Source of the DNA: an uncultured Clostridia bacterium
GTDB taxonomy: Bacteria; Bacillota; Clostridia; Oscillospirales; Ruminococcaceae
Length of the DNA stretch: 32,000 nucleotides
NCBI GenBank assembly: GCA_947166945.1
Contig: CAMVGH010000005.1
Coordinates: 1 to 32,000 of the forward strand
Reading direction: 5' to 3'
The translations under genes were made by a program, and so were the position numbers. This document shows, one piece after another, positions 15,344 to 23,400 of this stretch. Numbering within the stretch: the first letter of the stretch is position 1; the number at the start of each line of letters is the position of its first letter. Below the pieces are notes generated by a model, which saw only the letters and a program-made list of their open reading frames with translations, was not told the DNA's origin and did no database searches.

Positions 15344-15407
15344 ACGCAGGGGCGCGGGAGAATGGAGCGGCAGAGGCTCCCCGCTCCGGTCAGATATGGA
15401 GGAACAA

Positions 15408-16082
15408 ATGATAAATATACTTGCAGTAGATGATGATAAGAACACGCGCCGGCTTATCGAAGAAGTTCTCAAAGGCGCGGGGTATAATGTCATAACAGCG
15501 GAAAACGGCGCGGACGCGCTGGAAAAGCTTGACAGCGAACATATAGATCTGATCGTTCTTGATATAATGATGCCGGAAATGGACGGTTACGAGCTGACGG
15601 AAGCTCTGCGGAACTCGGATAATGATCTGCCGATTTTGATGATCTCGGCAAAGCAGCTCCCCGAGGACAAGCGCAAGGGCTTTCTTGTGGGTACCGACGA
15701 CTATATGACAAAGCCAATCGATGAAGAAGAGATGCTCCTGCGGATAAAGGCGCTGCTGCGCCGGGCGAAGATCGTCAGCGAACGGAAAATAGAGATAGGC
15801 GATGTTACGGTAAGCTACGACAATATGAGCGTGACCCGCGGCGGTGAGACAGTCACCCTGCCACAAAAGGAGTTCCTGCTTCTGTACAAGCTTCTTTCCT
15901 ACCCCGGCAAGATATTCACCCGCATACAGCTCATGGACGAGATCTGGGGCAACGACAGCGAAACAGGGTGGGAAACGGTAACGGTGCATATAGGCAGGCT
16001 CCGCAAGCGTTTCGAAAACTGGAATGAATTTGAGATCGTGTCGGTACGCGGTCTCGGATATAAGGCGGTAAAAAATATATGA
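15408..16082 (+). CDS. OmpR/PhoB-family response regulator
   Basis: The start is placed at ATG 15408 (MINILAVDDD...), 5 nt after GGAGG; the track ORF extends upstream through the promoter. Acceptor region DLIVLDIMMPEMDG. C-terminal winged helix LPQKEFLLLYKLL...VTVHIGRLRKRF. Confidence 0.9.
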   Translation: MINILAVDDDKNTRRLIEEVLKGAGYNVITAENGADALEKLDSEHIDLIVLDIMMPEMDGYELTEALRNSDNDLPILMISAKQLPEDKRKGFLVGTDDYMTKPIDEEEMLLRIKALLRRAKIVSERKIEIGDVTVSYDNMSVTRGGETVTLPQKEFLLLYKLLSYPGKIFTRIQLMDEIWGNDSETGWETVTVHIGRLRKRFENWNEFEIVSVRGLGYKAVKNI

Positions 16083-17158
16083 GTAAGCTGTCACGGGAAG
16101 AAAGAAGGTCACGCATAGCACTGTCACTGCTTGTTACTGTTGTCATTTTTGCACTGCTTGTCGTGATAGGCGGAACGATCACCGGACTGGTCTTTCTGCT
16201 TATAAATCTTGGTTTTGTTTCGGACAACAGACTGCTCGAGCACGGAGCAGCAGTCGCCATTCTTGTTATCATCAGTGTTCTGCTCGGAGGAGCGTTGTCC
16301 TATCTTTTCAGCCGTATAACAATGAAGCCGGTAAACAGGATAATAGACAGCTTCAATCAGCTTGCTTCGGGAAATTTCAGCACACGGCTTGAATTTACAG
16401 GATCATGGGCAAAACACGCAACGGTCAGAGAGATAACCGACAGCTTCAATACAATGGCAGAGGAGCTTGAAAACACGGAAATGCTGCGTTCCGACTTTAT
16501 CAACAATTTCTCGCATGAGTTCAAAACTCCGATAGTGTCGATATCCGGGTTTGCTAAACTGCTCAAACACGGTAATCTCACTGAAGAACAGAAAGCCGAA
16601 TATATAAGCATCATAGCAGAGGAATCATCACGTCTCGCAAGTATGGCGACAAATGTTCTTGATCTGACGAAAGTGGAAAATCAGACCATACTCACCGGTC
16701 AGACCACATTCAACCTCTCCGAACAGATACGGGGCTGCATACTGCTGCTTGAAAGCAAATGGAGCGCAAAACACATCGAGCTGCACATAGATTTTGATGA
16801 GTATGATGTTTATGCCAACGAGGAAATGCTCAAGCAGGTATGGATAAATCTGATAGACAACGCGGTCAAGTTCTCGCCGGATTACGGTATCGTTTCGGTC
16901 GGGATATCGAAAAATAACGGGCTTATCACAGTCTCTGTCACCAACAGCGGCGTGGATATCCCCGCCGAATGTATTGACAGGATATTCAACAAGTTCTATC
17001 AGGCTGATGAGTCCCATTCCTCCGAGGGTAACGGCATAGGGCTTGCGATAGTGAAGCAGGCAGTGAAGCTGCACGGAGGTACGGTCATCGCGGACAGCAG
17101 AAAAGGCAGAACGACCTTTACGGTCATGCTGCCGGCGAAAAAGGAAGCAGATATATGA
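16079..17158 (+). CDS. Sensor histidine kinase (2 TM with short loop, HAMP, HisKA, HATPase)
   Basis: ATGA overlap with the RR stop. Two N-terminal TM helices separated by ~12 aa. HAMP-like PVNRIIDSFNQLASGNFSTRLE. H-box FSHEFKTPI. G-boxes NSGVDIP...GNGIGLAIVK. Confidence 0.9.
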   Translation: MSKLSREERRSRIALSLLVTVVIFALLVVIGGTITGLVFLLINLGFVSDNRLLEHGAAVAILVIISVLLGGALSYLFSRITMKPVNRIIDSFNQLASGNFSTRLEFTGSWAKHATVREITDSFNTMAEELENTEMLRSDFINNFSHEFKTPIVSISGFAKLLKHGNLTEEQKAEYISIIAEESSRLASMATNVLDLTKVENQTILTGQTTFNLSEQIRGCILLLESKWSAKHIELHIDFDEYDVYANEEMLKQVWINLIDNAVKFSPDYGIVSVGISKNNGLITVSVTNSGVDIPAECIDRIFNKFYQADESHSSEGNGIGLAIVKQAVKLHGGTVIADSRKGRTTFTVMLPAKKEADI

Positions 17159-17265
17159 AAAGATTAGTTTTTGCAGTGCTGACCTTGTTATCGGCAGTTA
17201 TGATGCTGGGACGGCATATCTATAGCAATAGGAGAAACGAATGGCTGAACAGGGAGAGAATGTAA
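17155..17265 (+). CDS. Possible 36-aa membrane micro-protein coupled to the kinase gene
   Basis: ATG 17155 overlaps the HK stop (ATGA). Reads MKRLVFAVLTLLSAVMMLGRHIYSNRRNEWLNRERM. It overlaps the start of the next ORF by 25 nt, so only one of the two starts may be real. Confidence 0.25.
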   Translation: MKRLVFAVLTLLSAVMMLGRHIYSNRRNEWLNRERM

Positions 17266-17549
17266 TAAAAACACCGCCGAAGTGGCTTGTCATAATATTG
17301 ATATGTGTCATGGTAATAGTAATTGGTCTGATAGCACTTTATCATGACACAAGTTCATATATGATGTATGATGAATTTCAGAAAAATATCGAATCCGGGA
17401 ACATATCGTCAGTTACAATTGAAGGCTTCAAAGTTTATTTTAAAACAGATGATGATAACAAAAAATACTACACTGTCAATCCGAGAACCGACGATTTTAA
17501 GGAATGGCTTAACGAAATGGGGTTAGAGGTATGGGATAAGACAAGTTGA
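17241..17549 (+). CDS. Hypothetical N-terminally anchored membrane protein
   Basis: 102-aa ORF with RBS GGAGAAACGA. TM WLVIILICVMVIVIGLIALY, followed by YDEFQKNIESGNISSVTIEG, which is reminiscent of the FtsH N-terminal extracytoplasmic segment. Confidence 0.6.
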   Translation: MAEQGENVIKTPPKWLVIILICVMVIVIGLIALYHDTSSYMMYDEFQKNIESGNISSVTIEGFKVYFKTDDDNKKYYTVNPRTDDFKEWLNEMGLEVWDKTS

Positions 17550-17618
17550 GAACACCCCCAGGAGTATATATATTGGGCAATACTCAGCGCGTTCTATTAC
17601 TTTCTTGTCGATCCTCAT

Positions 17619-17963
17619 GTGCTCGATGCGCTGGATTGGCTGTCTCACAATCTGTCATTCTCCTTCTGCATCGGTTTTTTCTACGGGATATTTGTGATAG
17701 ATCTTGCTTATTCAGCGCAGATAATGAAAAAGATACGGAAATTCGCAGATGAGAGCAGAATTGTAATAAGACTTGATGAACTTCGGGATGATATATACTC
17801 AGCAATAAAACAATATGGCAAGCCGCATTTTCTTCTGTCTATCCCTTCGGAGACGCAGCTCAGGGAAATGCTTGAAAAATACAGGGACGATCATTTCAGC
17901 GCCGAGAAGCTGAAAGAGCATCTGCACATTATAACAGAAAAGGACAATAAAAATGTTACTTAA
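17619..17963 (+). CDS. C-terminal fragment of a polytopic membrane protein (resembles the PF06541 / DUF1113 family); possibly a gene remnant
   Basis: GTG start in the track. The frame is open back to the TGA at 17547 (EHPQEYIYWAILSAFYYFLVDPHVLDALDWL...) with no ATG. The last TM plus charged tail (FFYGIFVIDLAYSAQIMKKIRKF...) match the C-terminus of that family as I recall it. About 100-150 N-terminal residues are missing. Confidence 0.45.
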   Translation: MLDALDWLSHNLSFSFCIGFFYGIFVIDLAYSAQIMKKIRKFADESRIVIRLDELRDDIYSAIKQYGKPHFLLSIPSETQLREMLEKYRDDHFSAEKLKEHLHIITEKDNKNVT

Positions 17964-18261
17964 ACGATCATTGGCTCAGACCTTCTCCCAAAAAGCCATA
18001 AACTACATTTCCGGCGCCCCCGAAAAGAATATGCTGAAACTTCTTTGATTTATGGAATCTGTCGGCTGGGATAAAAATCAGTCAAAGACTTTCAGAACTA
18101 TACTTGAAAATCCGGGCGATCTATGGTATAGTTATATTATGAATATGTGGGAGGATATTGATGTAGAGCAGATAAAGGTATTCTTCAATACCCTCGCCCT
18201 CAATGCCTCGTTCTTCGGCATGCAGGAACAATTGCGGGGACTGTACAGCCGGTATGAGTGA
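17953..18261 (+). pseudogene. N-terminal remnant of a radical-SAM-family gene, interrupted by an in-frame TGA and truncated before the CxxxCxxC core
   Basis: ATG 17953 overlaps the previous stop. Reads MLLKRSLAQTFSQKAINYISGAPEKNMLKLL*FMESVGWDKNQSKTFRTILENPGDLWYSYIMNMWEDIDVEQIKVFFNTLALNASFFGMQEQ.... This pattern precedes the ...PWAILMDPTSACNLxCxGCWAAEY core in clostridial radical SAM proteins (from memory). The ORF ends at 18261 without that core. Confidence 0.4.
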
Positions 18262-18288
18262 TAATTGAAACAACTGAAAGGAAGATCT

Positions 18289-18993
18289 ATGAAAATAACA
18301 ACAATCCTGTTCGATCTTGACGGCACTCTACTGCCTATGGATAACGAAGAATTTACAAGAGAATATTTTAAGCTTCTACGCCGGAGGTTTGTCCCGCTCG
18401 GATATGACAGCAAGGCTCTTGTTGACGGTGTCTGGGCAGGTACATACGCAATGGTGAAGAATGACGGAAGCTGCACCAACGAGAAAGCTTTCTGGAATAA
18501 GTTCGCAGAAAAAATGGGCATTGGCATATTAAAGCACAAGCCCTTGTTTGATGCGTTTTATCTTGAGGAGTTCAACGAAGCAAGAAAAGTATGCGGTTTC
18601 AACGAAAATACAGTACGCATCGTGAGATCCTTAAAAAACAGCGGTTACAGGATAGCTCTCGCGACAAATCCTATATTTCCCGCAGCCGCGACAGAAAGCC
18701 GTATCCGCTGGGCAGGATTTGAACCCTCGGATTTTGAGCTGTACACTACCTATGAAAACATCGGGTACTGCAAACCGAACACAGAATATTACAAAGAGAT
18801 ACTGCACCGTTTAAATGTTTCTGCTGAAGAGTGCGTAATGGTAGGAAACGACGTCGGCGAGGATATGGTAGCAGAAACTGTTGGAATAAATGTTTTTCTG
18901 CTCACCGATAACCTTATCAACAAAGAGAAAAAGGATATATCGGTATTTCACAGAGGTGGGTTTGATGATTTGGCGATTTATTTGAATATATAG
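18289..18993 (+). CDS. HAD family hydrolase
   Basis: The start is placed at ATG 18289 (MKITTILFDLDGTLL) after GAAAGGAAG; the track start at 18265 is a TTG. HAD motif I DLDGT, motif II ALATNP, motif IV GNDVGEDM. Confidence 0.85.
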   Translation: MKITTILFDLDGTLLPMDNEEFTREYFKLLRRRFVPLGYDSKALVDGVWAGTYAMVKNDGSCTNEKAFWNKFAEKMGIGILKHKPLFDAFYLEEFNEARKVCGFNENTVRIVRSLKNSGYRIALATNPIFPAAATESRIRWAGFEPSDFELYTTYENIGYCKPNTEYYKEILHRLNVSAEECVMVGNDVGEDMVAETVGINVFLLTDNLINKEKKDISVFHRGGFDDLAIYLNI

Positions 18994-18999
18994 TAAAAA

Positions 19000-19755
19000 T
19001 CACTTCTTCATCTCCAGGACATACTCGTCATACTCAATCTTACTGTCCAGCGCCTTAGTCCTCATCTCAATAGCATAATCAGCCCACTTCTGAAACTCCG
19101 CCTGCGTCATTTTCTTTTTGAGATACCGGGCATAGTGAGCCTTGTATGCCTTGTGATAAACGCTCCAGATCGGGTCGGTCTTTAGCTTGTCGTTGAACTT
19201 CTTCCGGTGTCCGAGGTCTCGGCAGCATTTGTCAGGCTGCCCTTTGACCGGACGCTTACAGTAGTTGGAGTAAAAGCCGCGTTCCAGTACAAAGTACCGT
19301 CCGCACAGATCACACTTGCGGGGCAGATAGCGGTTCTGCAATCCCTTGAACAATTCAATATACAGGAAACCTCCGATCGTCGAGAAGTGATAATTCTCGC
19401 AAAGCACGGAGGTTTTCTTGCGTTTGAGGACTTTGTAGGTAAGCGTCATAGTGCCGGACGGTATGAGTTTATCATAATTGCTTAATTTCTTGCTTGCTTC
19501 GCTGTTGAACTCGTCAAGCACTTCCGCAATTTCTTCGTTTGTCAGGAATTCCTCGCGGCTGTGTATCTTTTCTAGAAACGGCTCATAGGCACGCTTCACG
19601 CGCAGCAAGTCCTCAAAAATTGTGATGTAATGGTAAATGAAGTCCTTTAGCTCGGCATTGAGTTTCAGAACTTCGTCTATCATATCCGGTTCATCTATTT
19701 CGTCAAGCGGCTCGCCGACACGGAATGAAGTCAGCATACGGTCATGCTTATACAT
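19000..19755 (-). CDS. Hypothetical Cys-cluster protein of mobile-element type (DUF6076-like by recollection)
   Basis: 251-aa ORF. Contains CDLCGRYF...YC...CC..GHRKKF, a zinc-ribbon-like cluster. No convincing RBS. Its stop lies only 6 nt from the convergent HAD stop. Confidence 0.6.
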   Translation of the reverse strand: MYKHDRMLTSFRVGEPLDEIDEPDMIDEVLKLNAELKDFIYHYITIFEDLLRVKRAYEPFLEKIHSREEFLTNEEIAEVLDEFNSEASKKLSNYDKLIPSGTMTLTYKVLKRKKTSVLCENYHFSTIGGFLYIELFKGLQNRYLPRKCDLCGRYFVLERGFYSNYCKRPVKGQPDKCCRDLGHRKKFNDKLKTDPIWSVYHKAYKAHYARYLKKKMTQAEFQKWADYAIEMRTKALDSKIEYDEYVLEMKK

Positions 19756-19845
19756 ATGTCAAAGAGCCACTAAGTAACCCCATGCAATAGGCAGAATCAA
19801 ATTCGATTACAACATATCAATTCATTGAAGAGAGCAGCGTTTTAT

Positions 19846-20370
19846 TCAGGAACGTTGCTCTTTTTGAAAAAAATCGCGTTTTAAGCCCGTAAAGGTAATG
19901 GGAATGGAAAGTATATTACCCACCGATTCCGGACGATTTACAGAGGCAAAAATTACCGTTTTTCTTCCCGGATCCGTCCCGAAAATGAACAGTTCAAGGC
20001 AGCTTCCTTTAGCGGAAGCAAAATGCAGGAAGGAGGTCAGCATTGCAGGCACGTAATGCCGAGAACAGGTATTCATACGGAAGTCAGCCCAAAGTGCCGC
20101 AAGGATGCGGCTGTATGCGCTGTGCCGACATATTTCCTCACAAGGGAGATTATCGGCAATATGGCGGTAATGCTGTAAGAAACAGCCGTGTGCGAGGTTT
20201 CCGTACACGGCTGTTACATAACTTTTATAATTTAAATATCCGATTCGCTTTTGGATTTCTGTAATTGAACGAGTTGCATACTGAGCATAGAGATTTGTTA
20301 CAGCCGAAGGGGCACCGGGTATCGCGGTACTGTACACATCTGTTATATCATAACAGCCGGTATAAAGCAA
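19846..20370 (-). CDS. Hypothetical protein (weak call; TTG start, no RBS)
   Basis: It is the only long ORF in 19756-20472 on either strand. No recognisable motif. The stop codon sits in the loop of a hairpin (19832-19860). Confidence 0.3.
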   Translation of the reverse strand: MLYTGCYDITDVYSTAIPGAPSAVTNLYAQYATRSITEIQKRIGYLNYKSYVTAVYGNLAHGCFLQHYRHIADNLPCEEICRHSAYSRILAALWADFRMNTCSRHYVPAMLTSFLHFASAKGSCLELFIFGTDPGRKTVIFASVNRPESVGNILSIPITFTGLKRDFFQKEQRS

Positions 20371-20472
20371 GTATCATTTTACGGTATCAGCAGCGGAATC
20401 TTTATGCGGTGCCATGATGACGGAGCGATCGGTGCTTTTTCGGGATACTGACCTGCGGGGGAGTTCTTTTTG

Positions 20473-23400
20473 TCACGATATCATTGATCCGGCTTTCCTT
20501 ATAACTCGCTCATAAACTTCCATTGCATAATCATGCTTTTTCTTTATATCATCGAGCCGCCCTTCTTTTCCCGCACACTCAAGCTCGTAAGCAAGTTCGG
20601 AGAATCTGACCGCGCCTATCATCTTTGATGTGCTTTTGAGTCCATGTATCAGCACGGTATATCGTTTCAGATCACCGTTTTTCAATGCCGATTCAAGCTG
20701 TGCGGTCTTTTCCGTTTTTTCCTTGATATAGGTGTCAAGCATTTCACGGTAGAAGTCCTCTTCATTCATGCAATACTCCAGCCCGACATTTTTATCTATC
20801 ACATCATTTGTCTCATCGTCCTGCGTGTTTTCCTGCACCGGACCGGCGTGAGCCGTCTGTGCCGCGGCTGTATCATCTGCCGCGGCAGCAGGAACGGGAT
20901 CCGCAGAAGTCCCGCCGGTCCTGATGTCAGCGTCAGCGGTCTTATATCCGATTTTTTCGGCGGGCAGATACTTTTTCAGTATCATTTCAAGACTTCTGAC
21001 TTCAACCGGCTTCGACAGATAATCGTCGAAGCCTGCCGAAAGGTATTCCTCCTTCGCGCCGACTATGGCATTGGCGGTCATCATTATCACCGCAGTGTTC
21101 TCGCCCAGCAGACCTGCAGTTTCCATATTCTTCCGCGTTTCAAGACCGTCCATACCCGGCATCATGTGGTCAAGGAAGATAATGTCATACCTGTTCTGTG
21201 TAACCGCCTTTAAAGCGTCGCTGCCGCTGGCAACGATATCGACCTTTATGCCTGTGCGTTTGAGAAGTCCTTTCGCAACTTTAAGATTCATCATGTTGTC
21301 ATCTACGACAAGAACTCTCGCATCGGGAGCGTAGATATACTCCCGGCTGTTTTCATTGTGACGGGACAGGCGCAGACGCTCCTCATAGTCACCGATAGGC
21401 TCGTCGTCAACGACCTCCTGCACTATATCGAACCAGAACCGTGAGCCCTCGCCGTAAACGCTGTCAAGCTGAAGCTCGCTTCCCATCATGACGAGAAGCT
21501 TCTGAACGATGGAGATGCCGAGACCGGTACCCTCGATCGCCCGGTTTTTCTCGCTGTCAAGCCTTCTGAACGACTCGAAAAGCGCATCTCTGTCCTCGGG
21601 GCGGATACCGATACCGGTGTCCTGCACCTCGGTACGCAGCGTTATCCTGTCTCCGTTTCTGTCCGCAATAAGCATACGCAGGGTGACACTGCCCTTGGGA
21701 GTGTATTTGACCGCGTTTGTGAGTATATTGGTGATTATCTGTCTTATGCGCACATCATCGCCGTAAAGAGTTTTGGGCAGCTTCCTGTCGATCTCTGTCC
21801 TGAATTCAAGATTCTTCTGTTCGGCTCTTTCAAGTACCATATTGACCAGATCGTTTATCATCAGCGCGGTGTCATAACTTACAGGCACTATCTCCATTTT
21901 TCCGTCCTCTATCTTTGAAAAGTCGAGAATGCTGTTTATGAGCGTAAGCAGAGTGCGTCCGGCATTCTGTATGTTCTCGGAGTACTCCCTGATATCATCG
22001 CTGCTGCTCTCGCGCATTATCATTTCATTCATACCGAGAACCGCGTTTATCGGGGTGCGTATCTCATGCGACATCTGCGCCAGGAACTGCGATTTTGCCT
22101 GACCTGCTTTTTCGGCTTCCGCGGCGGAATTTTCGAGAGTTTTCCGCACCCGCTTCTGCCATACGATCATTATATGGAGCAGTGAGCCTGTTATCGCTAT
22201 ACCCGCGCCGAATATCACTATGAAGACAATGATGTAGCGTACAAGACTGCCGTATATCACATTCCAGTTTTTCGCGCAGACAATAGTGAAGCCGGAGGTA
22301 GGGTCGGGTACTGCATAAAAGGCTTTGTAGCTGCCGTCATAGTCTTTGATGATGACAGTGTCCCCGGCGAGCACCGCATTGAGATAACCCGCCTGTTCAA
22401 GTGTTACCACGTTGCTTTCCGACATCTGATACTCCGGAGCGGGGTGATTTATGATCTGCCCGTCCGCGTCCGCAAGAAACGCATACCCCTCATCGGTATA
22501 GCTCGAATCAAGTATGCCGGTAAGCTTGTCAAGGAAGAAATCTATTCCGAAAACACCTAAGAAATTGCCGGTCTTGTCATATACTCTTTTACTGAATGTG
22601 ACGCAGTAAGCTCCTATCTGTTCGTCATAATACGGGGCGGATACGGAGAAGCCGTCCTCTTTTTCCGACTCTATGGAATCTATGTACCACTGTCTTTCCT
22701 CAACGTGCCAGTCATCATCGGGCTCCCAGCCGTTGTTCATAATAACCGTATGCTCCGCGCGGGGATCGGTCATGTATGATACCGAGATATCATCATACTG
22801 CACGGTGATATCGTTCAGCCATTCAACGCATTTGTCATAATCACCGAGCATTTCCGGCTCGGCGGAAATAAAGCTCACAAACATATCCAGTACGCTTTTC
22901 TGCTCGACTATCCACGACTCAAGTTCTGATGTGTAATCTCCCGTTTCCTTTTCCATACGGGTATTGCCCCAGTTTATCATAAGTACCGTCGATATCGCGA
23001 TGCACAGTATCATCGTTACCGTGAGCAGCGCTATGATACCGGCGCAGGCATGCTTGTTGGTGCGGTCGGAGATGTCTGAATCGGCATGTACGTCTTTTAT
23101 TATCCTGCCGCTCTCATTCTCCTTTTTGTCGGCATCGGTATCTACCGTATAAAGCGAGGCAAGTGCGGATTTCATTTTGAGCGAGGACTCACGCAGACGC
23201 TCCATATAGACTTCCGGCTCGTCGCTTGACCGGAGAAGGCGGTAATCGCTGCGCTTCACTATGTCTTCCATAGGCGCACTTATTCTGGCAACCGCGCCGC
23301 TGACTGCGCTCTCGGTATATTTAAGGCGCTGCTCTATCCTTCCCCTGTAACGTATGCTGAAAATGTACAGCAGTATCATTCCCGCAATAAGGCAGAGATT

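Noticed and set aside
17547-18048. Two in-frame TGA codons (17547-17549 and 18046-18048) as possible evidence for TGA recoding (selenocysteine or an alternative genetic code).
   Set aside because: TGA is the functional stop of many well-delimited genes here (response regulator, kinase, FakA, the GGDEF/HD-GYP protein). No SECIS-like hairpin follows either site. Both flanking ORFs look like truncated remnants. Nonsense mutation is the simpler explanation.
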